Source of the DNA: Candidatus Poribacteria bacterium
GTDB lineage: Bacteria; Poribacteria; WGA-4E; WGA-3G
NCBI GenBank assembly: GCA_965197475.1
Contig: CBDANF010000003.1
Coordinates: 2,080,001 to 2,144,000 of the forward strand
Direction: 5' to 3'
Length of the DNA stretch: 64,000 nt
Every line of letters begins with the position of its first letter. Positions within the stretch are counted from its first letter, which is position 1. This document shows positions 28,759 through 40,125 of the stretch, piece by piece. The translations under genes were made by a program, and so were the position numbers. Below the pieces are notes generated by a model. That model had not been told where the DNA came from, made no database searches, and saw nothing but the letters and a program-made list of their open reading frames with translations.

Positions 28759-29920
28759 CTTGTGAATTTAGTAATCCCACATCAATCAACGGCACAGCAG
28801 ACCTTTGCCCTGTCATCAGTTCATCAAGCATGGCGTGAAAGAGTTCATCTATCAGTTCAACTTCTCGTTCAAGAGCTGCTATTTTTTCGTCACAACTGAC
28901 CAACACCAAAGCAATCTTGTCTGTTTCCTCTTTGCTGGGTCTTGGTACCGGAATATTTAATAGCGATGCTTTATTCAATTTTGGTCTCGTTGCTCCACTC
29001 AAATACGGAGCTAAATCAATTGAATTAAAATAATATTCCAAGAAAAATTGTTTAATATCATTAACTCTTAAGACATGGGCGTGATTATTAACCCACGATT
29101 TACCCTCTATTGAATAAGCAATTGGTAGTTTTCTTGAAACAAGATTTTCTCCATCTTCAGCAATAAGCAGTAACGGTTCATCAAACAAATAATCATCTAT
29201 CCAGTCGATTTGACCGCTTGCCCCGTAATATGGCACTTCTCCTTTTCGTTCATTCCTGTCACTCTGTTTTATAGGAACACGCTTTGAATCTAAGCATTCA
29301 CATAATTTTTCGAGTTTTACAACTTTCCAATTCTCAGGAATCTCGCCAATTTCTGTCTGTTTGTGGGGTTCACCTTTTGTGCCGTGAGAAAAGAGAAAAT
29401 CCATCAATGCCGCTTTGCGTTCCCGTTCTAATGCAATTTCGCGTTGCCGGGTGAACTTTGCTTCTTGGATTGTGTGTAAGATGTGGGCGATGGCGCGTTG
29501 TTCGGGTAGTGAAGGACACACAACTGAAAATTCTTGTAAATACCTATAGTGCCGATTATATCCTTTATTGGGCACGTTAAGATTCGAAAGCGCGTAATAG
29601 AAAAAACGGGCATCAAGAATTTCATCGTTTGGGTAAAGAAGTTGTGTTCCATCAGCCCCAAGCACAAATGGGAAATCAACATATTTGAAAATACGTGTAT
29701 GATCTCCAAAAATCACAGCAGGCAAATTATCAGAGATCACAGACTCAAATGAGTCTGTCCAACCGGCAATAAATGATGCCCCTTGGTCAATTACTGGAAA
29801 TTCGCCTGATTCTTGGTAGTCTTTTTTAGGAATTGAAGGCTTCTTCTTAGATTTAACCTTTTTTAAACAATCTATAAAGGGTAGAATTTTCCAATGTTCT
29901 GGTAAATTTATTCCATCCAT
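28718..29920 (-). CDS. hsdS: Type I R-M specificity subunit
   Basis: Two TRDs separated by PSLPEQRAIA ... GEIPENW, with a C-terminal LDELMTG conserved region. Confidence 0.93.
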   Translation of the reverse strand: MDGINLPEHWKILPFIDCLKKVKSKKKPSIPKKDYQESGEFPVIDQGASFIAGWTDSFESVISDNLPAVIFGDHTRIFKYVDFPFVLGADGTQLLYPNDEILDARFFYYALSNLNVPNKGYNRHYRYLQEFSVVCPSLPEQRAIAHILHTIQEAKFTRQREIALERERKAALMDFLFSHGTKGEPHKQTEIGEIPENWKVVKLEKLCECLDSKRVPIKQSDRNERKGEVPYYGASGQIDWIDDYLFDEPLLLIAEDGENLVSRKLPIAYSIEGKSWVNNHAHVLRVNDIKQFFLEYYFNSIDLAPYLSGATRPKLNKASLLNIPVPRPSKEETDKIALVLVSCDEKIAALEREVELIDELFHAMLDELMTGQRSAVPLIDVGLLNSQGGSYKNDKISHEE

Positions 29921-29972
29921 AACAACTTTTCCTCAAGTTAATTGAGAGATCATACCTGAACGATGTTCTTTT

Positions 29973-30710
29973 TCATCTCCTACTGCTCGGTTTTCCAGGT
30001 CCGCTTCTCGTGGATCCTGTCGGTGTTCCTCGGGTTTGACCTCTTGATTCTGACTGACTTTGTCCTCTCTGGCTTTTTGGAGTACTTGGAGGTGCTGTCC
30101 GATTTGCATGTGAACGGACTATCCGCCTTGCATGTGAACGGACCATTCGATTTGAATAACCTTCTACAGAGCTACTTTGCTTGTCAGAAACAGTGGATTG
30201 ATCCTCCGCATACGGTCCCGAATCAAAAGCTCTATGTACTACCTCAAAGGTATAAAGTGGTTTGCCATTAGTAGTCAATTCCTGAAGTTGAGTTTGGATA
30301 ATTTTTCGATCTATCAAACCTGGGTCTAATATGGCAAGGTCAAAATCAGGACGCACGATATGTAGACCCATTCCATATTTATCAGCAACACCCTTTACTC
30401 CATCATCAAACCCAGTGTTGGTAATCAATATGGCTTTATTAGCATTATTTATGTCATTCCTAACAAACTGTAATTCTTTTGCTCTCCCTATTTGCACATT
30501 ATCTGATCCGCGCCACTTTGCATCGGCAATATTTAAATATAGTGCAACTTCATTTCCATCTTCCCAATAAAGGTCAATCTGATTCTCATATTTCACTAAA
30601 CCAGGGTGAGTTGGACTTGGAATCCTGACAGATTTTACTTCCTCAATGGAAGTTTCAAATTTATCAGCTATAAACAACCGACATAATTCTTCATACTGTA
30701 TGTAATGCAT
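29973..30710 (-). CDS. Mrr_cat-like restriction endonuclease domain protein with a disordered tail
   Basis: YEE, QIDLYW, ADAKW and AILITNTGF pattern. A 24-bp tandem repeat at 30104-30151 lies in the tail. Confidence 0.75.
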   Translation of the reverse strand: MHYIQYEELCRLFIADKFETSIEEVKSVRIPSPTHPGLVKYENQIDLYWEDGNEVALYLNIADAKWRGSDNVQIGRAKELQFVRNDINNANKAILITNTGFDDGVKGVADKYGMGLHIVRPDFDLAILDPGLIDRKIIQTQLQELTTNGKPLYTFEVVHRAFDSGPYAEDQSTVSDKQSSSVEGYSNRMVRSHARRIVRSHANRTAPPSTPKSQRGQSQSESRGQTRGTPTGSTRSGPGKPSSRR

Positions 30711-30723
30711 TTCTAACTCCTTT

Positions 30724-32358
30724 TTATTTAATTTTTAGTTTAAGTTGTACTAATATTTCTTCCAATGTGTTATCCGCTTTTTCGCGTGCGATGCGGGCTA
30801 CTGTTAAGTCAGCCAAAATCTCATTCACCGGACGGTGTTCAACTTTATCGCCGACATCCACAAACTGGGACGGGCTCAAGTTGTAATCGGTTTTCTGTGC
30901 ATCCTCAAGTGTGATAACTTTGCTTAACTTTTCACGCGATTCCCAGGCTTCATAGACTTCAGTTGCTGCTTTGATTGCTTCATCGGTTAGGACATTTTTC
31001 GGTTTTCCCTTCTCAAAATGTTGGGATAGGTTGATAAGCAGGACCTGTTCTCTTCGTTCTTCCGTTTTGTTGCGGTTCAGTAGCAAAATTATGCCCGGCG
31101 CGGTTGTGTTGTAAAACAGATTTTCGGGAAGTAGGACTACACCTTCAATCAGGTCCTCTTCAACAAATTTTTTGCGGATATCGCGCTCCCGATTAGTCTG
31201 TTTAGCACCAGAACCGCGAGAGACTGCGCCGGTATCCAGCACAATCGCTGCGCGTCCATTATCCTTTAGAGAAGCGAGCATGTGCTGCACCCATGCCCAA
31301 TCTGCTGAGGAGCTGGGCGGGGTTCTGTCCGAGAATCGGTTCCAATTATCATTTTCGTAAAAATCATCGTCATATTCTTTCTGATTCCACATCGGGTTTG
31401 CCACCACATAGTCAAAACGTTGGAGTTTTGAATTATCAGCGGCAAAACGTGGGTTACGGAAAGTATCGCCTATCTGAATATCCGCGCTGATAAAATCGTG
31501 TAGAAAGGCGTTCATTTTTGCCATTGCGTAGGTGGTCGGAGTCAATTCTTGTCCATAGATGCGTGGTGCTTGGCTCTTTTCGTCCGGGTGCATTTCATCA
31601 AATTGCAATCGTCCTTTGATAAGCAGCCCGCCTGATCCGCACGCGGGATCGTAGATAGTGGAATAGGGTTCAGGGTTAAGGAGTTTTGCCATTAGCCATC
31701 CGACCTCTTTCGGCGTATAGAACTCGCCTGCGCTCTGTCCTTGTCCTTCAGCGAACTTGCGCAATAGATACTCGTAGGCACGTCCGAGGATATCCGGCTC
31801 CGCATCTTCAAGTCCAAGCCGATGTTGACTTATAACCTCAATCAGTTTTTCAAGGCGTTCGTCGTCAATAAGTCTTTGTCCGCTTTGGGTTTCGCTGAAA
31901 TCTTCTACGTCAAGCACGCCCTGTAAACGTGGGTTTAGACGTGCAACCTCGCGCATTGCACCGGTAACAAACTGTCCCAACCGACCATCCGCGGGCTGGT
32001 TTCGGAGTGCTTCCCAACTATACTGCTGCGGAATATAAAAACGGACAATTGGGTCGTCGCGATCCGTTTTAAGTGCGTCTTCATGGTCTGCTGCAATAAT
32101 CTCTCGTGCGACCGCTTCATCACCGAATACCTCAACATGTTTTGCAAACTCATCATCAAACACATCGGAGAGTCGTTTATAAAAGATTAGCGGTAAGATG
32201 AAATCTTTGAATTTTGGTGCATCGGTTGCGCCGCGTATCACACAAGCAGCATCCCATAGCCAAGTTTCAAGTGTGGATATATCTAAATGTTCCTCGTTTT
32301 CAGATTCCAAGGGGAGTGTGGTTTGGGTGTTGTCGGTTGGGGTTTTCTTTTTCGGCAA
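30724..32358 (-). CDS. hsdM: Type I R-M N6-adenine methyltransferase subunit
   Basis: LWDAACVIRG, GEFYTP, DPACGSGG, ANPMW and LPENLFYNT motifs. TTG start after aaggag. Confidence 0.96.
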   Translation of the reverse strand: MPKKKTPTDNTQTTLPLESENEEHLDISTLETWLWDAACVIRGATDAPKFKDFILPLIFYKRLSDVFDDEFAKHVEVFGDEAVAREIIAADHEDALKTDRDDPIVRFYIPQQYSWEALRNQPADGRLGQFVTGAMREVARLNPRLQGVLDVEDFSETQSGQRLIDDERLEKLIEVISQHRLGLEDAEPDILGRAYEYLLRKFAEGQGQSAGEFYTPKEVGWLMAKLLNPEPYSTIYDPACGSGGLLIKGRLQFDEMHPDEKSQAPRIYGQELTPTTYAMAKMNAFLHDFISADIQIGDTFRNPRFAADNSKLQRFDYVVANPMWNQKEYDDDFYENDNWNRFSDRTPPSSSADWAWVQHMLASLKDNGRAAIVLDTGAVSRGSGAKQTNRERDIRKKFVEEDLIEGVVLLPENLFYNTTAPGIILLLNRNKTEERREQVLLINLSQHFEKGKPKNVLTDEAIKAATEVYEAWESREKLSKVITLEDAQKTDYNLSPSQFVDVGDKVEHRPVNEILADLTVARIAREKADNTLEEILVQLKLKIK

Positions 32359-32449
32359 GGGACATGCTCCTTCGGTTTTTGTGCTATAACTTTTCTGTAG
32401 ATGAAATTATAACATCTTTTCTACAAAAAAGCAATTCCAACAATTTCTC

Positions 32450-32478
32450 TTGCAAACAAAACCTAAATTGCGTATACT
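32450..32478 (+). promoter_or_regulatory. sigma70-type promoter of the pcrA operon
   Basis: TTGCAA-17 bp-TATACT. Confidence 0.6.
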
Positions 32479-32517
32479 TTATACAATGCTATCAACCCAC
32501 ATCAGCGGAGATATTTC

Positions 32518-34674
32518 TTGAAGGATAATCTATTAAGTAACTTAAACAGTGTTCAACGAGAGGCTGTCCAACACACCGAAGGACCGCTCCTTATCCTATC
32601 CGGTGCGGGGAGCGGCAAAACGCGCGTGATTACCCATCGCGTCGCATATCTCATTAAACACCACCGTGTTTCTCCCTTCCGCATTCTCGCTGTAACGTTT
32701 ACCAATAAGGCAGCGAACGAAATGAAAGAACGTTTGGATGGACTCGTTGGGGAGGGAATGAATAAAAACCTGTGGGTTGCCACCTTCCACGCGACCTGCG
32801 CGCGAATCCTACGCCGAGATATTGAGCAATTAGATGGCTTTACCCGTAGTTTTACAATATACGATAAAAGTGAGCAACTTACAGTTGTAAAAGATATTCT
32901 CAGGCAGCACGGATTAGATGACAAACAGTATAATCCACGGACCATTCACGATCTGGTCTGTAAAGCAAAAAACAATTTCATAAAACCATCTACTTATGCG
33001 AACACAGCTGACGGTTTCTATGAAAAGATTGTTGCAAAAATATACCCCATGTATCAGGACACGCTTCGCAAAAACAACGCTTTGGATTTCGATGATCTGC
33101 TCAACTTTACAGTAGAACTTTTTAAAAAATATCCAGATGTTCTTGAATACTATCAAGAAAGGTTTGAACATGTGCTTGTAGATGAGTATCAGGACACAAA
33201 CCACTGCCAATATGAATTGGTGCGTTTTTTGGCTGGTGAAAAACAGAATGTGTGTGTCGTTGGGGACGATGACCAATCGATCTACAGTTTTCGAGGGGCA
33301 GACATCCATAACATACTCAATTTTGAAAACGATTATCCAAATACTTGTGTCCTCCGTTTAGAGCAGAATTACCGTTCAACCCAAAATATCTTAGAAGCAG
33401 CATGGAGCGTTGTTCAAAACAACAAAGGACGTAAAGAGAAAAAACTTTGGACAAAAAATGATGAGGGAGAACTTCTCACCTGCTATGAAGCGATTGATGA
33501 ACGGGACGAGGCAGGTTTCGTGGGTACAAAGATAGAGGATTGGCATGCAGAAGGGGTTGATTATAAGGATTTTGCGATCTTTTATCGGACGAATGCACAA
33601 TCCCGTATCTTTGAGGAAGCACTTCGTTCTGCGAATATACCCTATCAGATTGTTGGTGGGTTGGGTTTTTACGACCGGATGGAAATAAAGGATTTGATCG
33701 CTTATCTCCGCGTCATGTGCAATCCGCGCGACTCAATGAGTGTCAGACGTATTATTAACGTCCCAAGTCGAGGTATTGGTGCAACATCACTTGAGCGACT
33801 CATGAATTTTGCGGATAATCAAGAAATTCCACTTTTTGAAGCTGTCCAACGCGTTGACGAAATCGAAACGATTAACAGCGGCATCAAAGGAAAAATCCGC
33901 CGCTTTGCTAAAATATTTGATGAGTTTGACGGAGATGACCTACCCGCTGATGCGCTTGGGCATGTTTTAGAAACGACAGGTTATCTTGAAAACTTTAAAG
34001 GGCAACGTTCAATAGAGGCACAGAATCGGGTTGAAAATATTGAGGAACTGCGGAACGCTGTTTACGAATATGAAATGATCGCTGAGGAGCCGACACTTTC
34101 GGATTATTTAGAAAATGTTGCGCTCATAGCCGATATTGACACGATGCAAACAGATGATGATACAGATGAAACAAATATCGTGACACTGATGACTTTGCAC
34201 AGCGCAAAAGGGTTAGAATTTCCTTTCGTTTTCATCGTCGGTATGGAGGAAGGATTTCTACCACATAAAAATTCCATGAATTCAGAACCGGAATTAGAAG
34301 AGGAACGTAGGGTCTGTTATGTTGGAATCACGCGTGCGATGGAGCAGCTTTTTCTCGTGCATGCACAATCGCGTAGAACTTGGAGTGGTGCTGAGTATAG
34401 AGTCCCATCCCGTTTCATTGAGGAAATTTCGCCACACCTTATTAAGCAAGTTGATCGATACAATTCTGCGTTTTCTCAACCAGAAATCAGTTACGTTGAA
34501 GAGGAGCAGGTAGACTTTTACAAGGTTGATCAGATTGTACATCACCCGAGTTTTGGACGAGGAAAGGTAACCAAACTCAGTGGTTCCGGCTTGAATACTT
34601 ATGTGACAGTTCGGTTCGACCGTGCTGGCTCTAAGAAATTTGCTGCTGCGTTGGCACCGCTGCAAACAGTTTAA
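32518..34674 (+). CDS. pcrA: ATP-dependent DNA helicase PcrA/UvrD
   Basis: GAGSGKT, DEYQD, GDDDQSIY, QNYRS, HSAKGLEF and VGITRA motifs, C-terminal Tudor-like domain. Confidence 0.96.
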   Translation: MKDNLLSNLNSVQREAVQHTEGPLLILSGAGSGKTRVITHRVAYLIKHHRVSPFRILAVTFTNKAANEMKERLDGLVGEGMNKNLWVATFHATCARILRRDIEQLDGFTRSFTIYDKSEQLTVVKDILRQHGLDDKQYNPRTIHDLVCKAKNNFIKPSTYANTADGFYEKIVAKIYPMYQDTLRKNNALDFDDLLNFTVELFKKYPDVLEYYQERFEHVLVDEYQDTNHCQYELVRFLAGEKQNVCVVGDDDQSIYSFRGADIHNILNFENDYPNTCVLRLEQNYRSTQNILEAAWSVVQNNKGRKEKKLWTKNDEGELLTCYEAIDERDEAGFVGTKIEDWHAEGVDYKDFAIFYRTNAQSRIFEEALRSANIPYQIVGGLGFYDRMEIKDLIAYLRVMCNPRDSMSVRRIINVPSRGIGATSLERLMNFADNQEIPLFEAVQRVDEIETINSGIKGKIRRFAKIFDEFDGDDLPADALGHVLETTGYLENFKGQRSIEAQNRVENIEELRNAVYEYEMIAEEPTLSDYLENVALIADIDTMQTDDDTDETNIVTLMTLHSAKGLEFPFVFIVGMEEGFLPHKNSMNSEPELEEERRVCYVGITRAMEQLFLVHAQSRRTWSGAEYRVPSRFIEEISPHLIKQVDRYNSAFSQPEISYVEEEQVDFYKVDQIVHHPSFGRGKVTKLSGSGLNTYVTVRFDRAGSKKFAAALAPLQTV

Positions 34675-34736
34675 CATTCTTTTTCGGAACGTTTTGTAAA
34701 TCCAAGTGTAAATTAAAAGAAAGGATTCCAAATTAC

Positions 34737-35033
34737 ATGGCAACTATCACCACCGATGGCATCCGACACGTTGCAAACTTAGCACGTCTCGAATTTAATG
34801 AGGAAGAGACACAACATTTCACTGAACAACTTACCAGAATCTTGGACTATATCGGAAAGTTGAATGAATTGGATACGGATGACGTTCCACCGACATCACA
34901 TATCCATCCGCTTCACAATATAACTAAGGCAGATGTCGTCAAAACCTCGTTACCGCGCGATGCGGTTCTTGCGAACGCACCTGAGCCAGAAGAAGGGTAT
35001 TTCGGTGTGCCCAGAGTAATTGATACTGATTAA
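34737..35033 (+). CDS. gatC: Asp/Glu-tRNA amidotransferase subunit C
   Basis: HVANLARL, LDTDDVPPTSH and NAP..YFGVPRV motifs. Confidence 0.95.
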   Translation: MATITTDGIRHVANLARLEFNEEETQHFTEQLTRILDYIGKLNELDTDDVPPTSHIHPLHNITKADVVKTSLPRDAVLANAPEPEEGYFGVPRVIDTD

Positions 35034-35046
35034 GGAGCAGAATTGA

Positions 35047-36525
35047 ATGTCGCTTTACCAATTGACAGCACACGAACTACACGATAAACTCAAGGCACGT
35101 GAAATCACTGCTGTAGAATTGACCGAATCCGTTTATAAGCGAATTGAGTCGGTAGAACCACACGTCAAAGGTTACTTGACGTTAACCAAAGAGATTGCGT
35201 TGGCGCAAGCGAACGCTGCAGACATAGGATTTCAAAATGGCGATGAGATGCCGCCCCTTGCTGGCATTCCTATTGCTATTAAAGATGTGATATGCACCAA
35301 AGATGTTCGGACAACCTGTGCTTCAAAAATCCTGAGCAACTTTGTGCCACCTTACGATGCAACTGTCATGACAAAACTGCATCAACAAGGTGTTGTGATG
35401 GTAGGCAAAACGAACATGGACGAATTTGCGATGGGGTCATCTACCGAAAATTCTGCATATCAGATTACACACAATCCGTGGGATCTGGAAACGATTCCCG
35501 GTGGGTCAAGTGGCGGTTCAGCAGCGGTTGTGTCCGCGGACACAGCAATTTGTTCGTTAGGGTCAGATACAGGAGGCTCTATTCGTCAGCCTGCAGCACT
35601 CTGCGGCGTTGTCGGTATGAAACCGACTTATGGTCGTATTTCCCGCTACGGACTAATAGCGTTCGCCTCTTCGCTTGACCAGATCGGTCCGTTTACCAAA
35701 GACGTGACAGATTGTGCGCTGATTCTCAACGCCCTCTGTGGAAATGACGAAATGGATTCGACTTCCGTTGATGTTCCTGTTCCAGATTTCACACAGAGTC
35801 TCATCAATGATGTCCAAAGTTTGAGAATAGGCGTACCAAAGGAGTATTTCACAGAAGGTTTAGATACAGAAGTGGCGGATCAAGTGTATGCCGCTATCGC
35901 AGCGTTGGAAAAACAGGGTGCGTCCGTACAAGAGATTTCTCTACCGCATACCGAGTATGCCATCGCTACGTATTATATAATAGCACCAGCTGAAGCGAGC
36001 GCGAACCTTGCGAGATATGATGGTGTCCGTTACGGCTACCGGACTGAAGAACCCGCAGACCTGATTAATATGTATAAAAAAACACGTAGCGAAGGTTTCG
36101 GGCAAGAGGTAAAACGCCGTATTATGCTTGGTACTTTTGCACTAAGTGCAGGATACCAAGATGCCTATTACCGCAAGGCACAGAAGGCGAGGACGCTTAT
36201 TAAGTCAGATTTTGATGCTGCATTTGAGAAGGTTGATGTAATTGCAACGCCGACCTCGCCGACACCTGCATTTAAAATCGGTGAACGAACTGCGGATCCG
36301 TTGCAGATGTACCTGTGCGATGTAATGACAACACCTGCGAGTCATGCGGGGTTACCGGGTATTTCTGTTCCATGCGGTTTTGTAAAAAATGGCTTACCTG
36401 TAGGTTTGCAGCTTCTAACAGCCCCCTTTGCAGAGGAAACTCTTTTACGCGTTGCCTATACCTTTGAGCAAAACACTGATCACCATTTACAAAAGCCTGA
36501 AATATTGAACGCTAAAGGAAAATAA
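35047..36525 (+). CDS. gatA: Asp/Glu-tRNA amidotransferase subunit A
   Basis: [34 protein letters not shown] and RYDGVRYG motifs. Confidence 0.97.
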   Translation: MSLYQLTAHELHDKLKAREITAVELTESVYKRIESVEPHVKGYLTLTKEIALAQANAADIGFQNGDEMPPLAGIPIAIKDVICTKDVRTTCASKILSNFVPPYDATVMTKLHQQGVVMVGKTNMDEFAMGSSTENSAYQITHNPWDLETIPGGSSGGSAAVVSADTAICSLGSDTGGSIRQPAALCGVVGMKPTYGRISRYGLIAFASSLDQIGPFTKDVTDCALILNALCGNDEMDSTSVDVPVPDFTQSLINDVQSLRIGVPKEYFTEGLDTEVADQVYAAIAALEKQGASVQEISLPHTEYAIATYYIIAPAEASANLARYDGVRYGYRTEEPADLINMYKKTRSEGFGQEVKRRIMLGTFALSAGYQDAYYRKAQKARTLIKSDFDAAFEKVDVIATPTSPTPAFKIGERTADPLQMYLCDVMTTPASHAGLPGISVPCGFVKNGLPVGLQLLTAPFAEETLLRVAYTFEQNTDHHLQKPEILNAKGK

Positions 36526-37013
36526 TGAAGATAATAACTGCCCCTTTAGGTGGACTCATCGGTGCGATATTAGGCGGTATCCTCTGGGCAAAATATATTC
36601 AGTGGACAGGCAACACGGCTGGCTTCGTTGCTATTGGTATCGGAGCATTGACGGGGATAGGGATGCTTCTAACCAGTACCCGCGCCATTGATCCAAATGT
36701 AAAAAAGCATTGGGTGATGGTTTCAATCGCTGCAGCACTTTTCTCTGTTATTGGCATCTTTATTGGCAAAGACCTTGACGTTCAGTGGAATGCGGTCACA
36801 CAAATTACTGAACAACTTATGCAAGAGCGAAACCTATCCATAGAGCAAGCTACACCCATTGCCAAAAACTTATTTGGTGGATTCTCAAAATGGGAGCTTA
36901 TGCAAGAGCGTATGGACTGGTTTGATTGGGTCTATGGTGCCATCGCTGTCTTTGTCGCTATTTACATCACATTGACCCCATGGTTACGAAACTTTTTTAC
37001 CAAATTTGATTAA
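36525..37013 (+). CDS. Hypothetical Gly-rich membrane protein
   Basis: About four TM segments, TAATG coupling to gatA. Confidence 0.75.
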   Translation: MKIITAPLGGLIGAILGGILWAKYIQWTGNTAGFVAIGIGALTGIGMLLTSTRAIDPNVKKHWVMVSIAAALFSVIGIFIGKDLDVQWNAVTQITEQLMQERNLSIEQATPIAKNLFGGFSKWELMQERMDWFDWVYGAIAVFVAIYITLTPWLRNFFTKFD

Positions 37014-37068
37014 AATTAGGTCAAATTTGTCTCTGCTATACCTGCTATACATTAAAATGGAGTTAAAA

Positions 37069-38484
37069 ATGAAAAAAAATTGTATTTGCATCATGGTTTT
37101 TACTATTCTCATATCGGTTTTCCTACCATTAACTTGGAATTCAGCTCAAGACAAGGATGCAAATGATGATAAACTATTAGAAAATATCGCGCTCTTTTCT
37201 GAAATATTGGCTTATATTAACCAAGAACACCTTGATAATCCGGATGAGAAGGAACTGATGGAGGGTGCAATAAAAGGTATGCTCCGCACTTTGGACCCAT
37301 ACAGCCAATTCATTCCCGACCAGATTGCATTTAGCACACAAAACCGAGGGAATTATGGCGGACTCGGCATGATGGTTGGAATCCGTGATGATGTGATTAC
37401 CGTCATTACACCTTTTGAAGGTAATCCTGCTGCGCTTGCCGGTGTCCAAAGCGGCGATATTATCAGTCAGATTGATGGAGAATCAACAGCAGTCATGACC
37501 TTAGACGACGCGGTTGACCTATTGCGAGGTGAACCCGGTACCTCAGTCTCAATTACCATTATTCGACCAAAGGAAGCTCGTCCGATAGAGCTTACAATCA
37601 CGCGGGAAGTGATTCGAACCCCAAGCGTCAAAAAAGAAATTATCGGTGATAATATCGGATATATCAAAATTAATAGTTTCCTTGAAACTACAGCTAAAGA
37701 CGTTGATACAGCTTTTGAAGAATTCAATCAGCACAACATCAACGGTATCATCCTTGATCTGCGCTTAAATCCTGGCGGACTTCTCGGCTCCGCTGTTGAG
37801 ATTGCAAGTGATTTTCTGGAACCCGGCCAACTCGTTGTTTATAGTCAAGGGCTTGAAGCTGAAGATCGTGAAGACTTCCTCGCGAAAGGTCAAGTAAGGG
37901 AAAAACTACCATTGATTGTCTTGGTTGACGGTGGCAGTGCAAGTGCTTCTGAAATTGTTGCTGGTGCGATAAAAGACCACGGTAGGGGCCTTGTCATGGG
38001 CAGTAAAACCTTCGGAAAAGCATCAGTACAAAAGGTTTTTCGACTTAGCAATTCAAAAGCTGCAGTAAAATTGACGGTCGCTCGCTACTATACACCAAAC
38101 GGTATTGATATTGACAAAATCGGTATCATTCCCGATGTTGAAACATCCGGATTTAGCCGTTCTGAACAGCAGATGCAGTTCAAACTCCGCGATAACGCAA
38201 AACTTAAATCGTTTGTTGAAGAAAACGGTGATGACGTTTTAGAAAAACTCGCAGCAGCTGAGCACGCATCCCGTGATGACCGTCAAGCAGCAACACTCTT
38301 ACGAACTTTTAGACGGTTGACTGACGCACTCACCGAGGAACAAATTATCCTCAGCGATATTGGAATTAAGTATGCTATTGCCCAAATTACAGAGAACATT
38401 AGGGATGAACTTGAACATGACCCACAAGTTGGCGCTGCGGCTGAACAACTGAAAGTGATTAAGCTGTTAAATGGGCAGAACTAA
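37069..38484 (+). CDS. ctpA: S41A carboxy-terminal processing protease
   Basis: LDPYS, PDZ domain GGLGM, DLRLNPGG, SASASEIVAGA and TFGKASVQ motifs. Confidence 0.93.
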   Translation: MKKNCICIMVFTILISVFLPLTWNSAQDKDANDDKLLENIALFSEILAYINQEHLDNPDEKELMEGAIKGMLRTLDPYSQFIPDQIAFSTQNRGNYGGLGMMVGIRDDVITVITPFEGNPAALAGVQSGDIISQIDGESTAVMTLDDAVDLLRGEPGTSVSITIIRPKEARPIELTITREVIRTPSVKKEIIGDNIGYIKINSFLETTAKDVDTAFEEFNQHNINGIILDLRLNPGGLLGSAVEIASDFLEPGQLVVYSQGLEAEDREDFLAKGQVREKLPLIVLVDGGSASASEIVAGAIKDHGRGLVMGSKTFGKASVQKVFRLSNSKAAVKLTVARYYTPNGIDIDKIGIIPDVETSGFSRSEQQMQFKLRDNAKLKSFVEENGDDVLEKLAAAEHASRDDRQAATLLRTFRRLTDALTEEQIILSDIGIKYAIAQITENIRDELEHDPQVGAAAEQLKVIKLLNGQN

Positions 38485-38597
38485 TCAGATTACCTGATTG
38501 ATGAAATGGTTATTTCTGCAGAAACGAATCTGATAAATGGGCGAATTTAGGTAGATAGACCTGACCACCGTCCTATAAGCAGGAAGATAGGAACTTG

Positions 38598-40055
38598 ATG
38601 AACCTACAAATGCCGATCCGAAATTACATCAACAACACATGGCAAGAATCTGCGGCAGCCGAACTGCTTGATGTTACCAATCCTGCCACCGGTGAGGTGC
38701 TGACTCAGGTTCCACTTTCACCTTCAGAAGAGGTTGTTCAAGCTGCAACAGCCGCAGTGAGTGCATTTGACGAATGGCGACGTACCCCGCCTGTGCAACG
38801 TGTGCAATACCTTTTCAAATTGAAGAATCTCCTTGAGGAAAACCTTGACGATATTGCGCAGACCATTACAATGGAGTGCGGAAAAACGGTTGCAGAAGCG
38901 AAAGGCGAAATGCACCGTGCCATCGAAAACGTTGAAGTCGCGTGCGGCATCCCTATGCTCATGCAAGGCACTAATTTAGAGGACATCGCTACCGGTATTG
39001 ACGAATTTATGATCCGTCAACCTGTGGGAGTCTGTGCAGTTATCGCACCATTCAATTTCCCTGGAATGATAACTTTCTGGTTTCTGCCGTATGCCATTGC
39101 TTGCGGAAATACCTACATCGTTAAACCTTCTGAAAAGGTGCCGCTTACCATGCAAAAGATATTTGGACTGCTGGAACAGACAGGTCTGCCTCAAGGTGTC
39201 GTCAATCTTGTGAACGGTGGACAGGAAACTGTGAATGCCATCTTGGAGCATCCCGAAATCCGCGCTATTAGTTTTGTCGGGTCAACAGCAACTGCGAAAG
39301 CAATCTATGCCAAAGCCGCAGCAAATGGGAAACGGGTTCAGTGCCAAGGCGGTGCCAAAAATCCATTGATTGTTTTACCAGATGCTGATCCGCAGTTTAC
39401 TGTCAATGCTACCGCTGATAGTGCCTTCGGATGTGCTGGACAGCGGTGCCTCGCTGCATCCCTTGCCTTTGCTGTTGGCGGCGCACGTAACTGGTTTCCT
39501 AAAGCTATCAGTGACACAGCTACGGATAGGATTGTCGGAAACGGATTGGAAAAAGATGTGCAGATGGGACCTGTGATCACACCTGAAAGCCGGAAACGTA
39601 TTGAGGATGTGATTCAGACAGGCATAGATGATGGCGCGCGAATTCTCGTTGATGGTCGATATCCGAACATCCGTGGCGGTGAAAACGGCAACTTTATACG
39701 TCCAACTGTTCTCGGTAATATTGACCCGCAAGGAGAGATTGCAAAAACCGAAATCTTCGGACCCGTTTTAGGACTCATCCATGTTGAAACGATAGACGAT
39801 GCGATCACACTCATCAACAGCGGTAGTTATGGTAATATGGCGTGTCTATTTACAAGCAGTGGTGCGTCTGCGCGCAAGTTTCGCTATGAGGCGCAAATAG
39901 GCAACATCGGCATTAACATAGGTGTTGCCGCACCGATGGCATTTTTCCCGTTTAGCGGTTGGAAAGATAGTTTTTTTGGTGATTTGCACGGGCAGAGTTG
40001 GGATGCCGTTGATTTCTTCACGCAGAAAAAAGTTGTTGCAGAGAGATGGAATTAA
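38598..40055 (+). CDS. mmsA: CoA-acylating methylmalonate-semialdehyde dehydrogenase
   Basis: PFNFP, KPSE, FVGST, GGAKN, AGQRCLA, EIFGP and [13 protein letters not shown] motifs. Confidence 0.93.
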   Translation: MNLQMPIRNYINNTWQESAAAELLDVTNPATGEVLTQVPLSPSEEVVQAATAAVSAFDEWRRTPPVQRVQYLFKLKNLLEENLDDIAQTITMECGKTVAEAKGEMHRAIENVEVACGIPMLMQGTNLEDIATGIDEFMIRQPVGVCAVIAPFNFPGMITFWFLPYAIACGNTYIVKPSEKVPLTMQKIFGLLEQTGLPQGVVNLVNGGQETVNAILEHPEIRAISFVGSTATAKAIYAKAAANGKRVQCQGGAKNPLIVLPDADPQFTVNATADSAFGCAGQRCLAASLAFAVGGARNWFPKAISDTATDRIVGNGLEKDVQMGPVITPESRKRIEDVIQTGIDDGARILVDGRYPNIRGGENGNFIRPTVLGNIDPQGEIAKTEIFGPVLGLIHVETIDDAITLINSGSYGNMACLFTSSGASARKFRYEAQIGNIGINIGVAAPMAFFPFSGWKDSFFGDLHGQSWDAVDFFTQKKVVAERWN

Positions 40056-40125
40056 TACTACATGTGTATCCTAATTTTTCAACCTCTTAGCGTTAAAAAT
40101 CCTAACAAAAATTAAAGGATACAAA

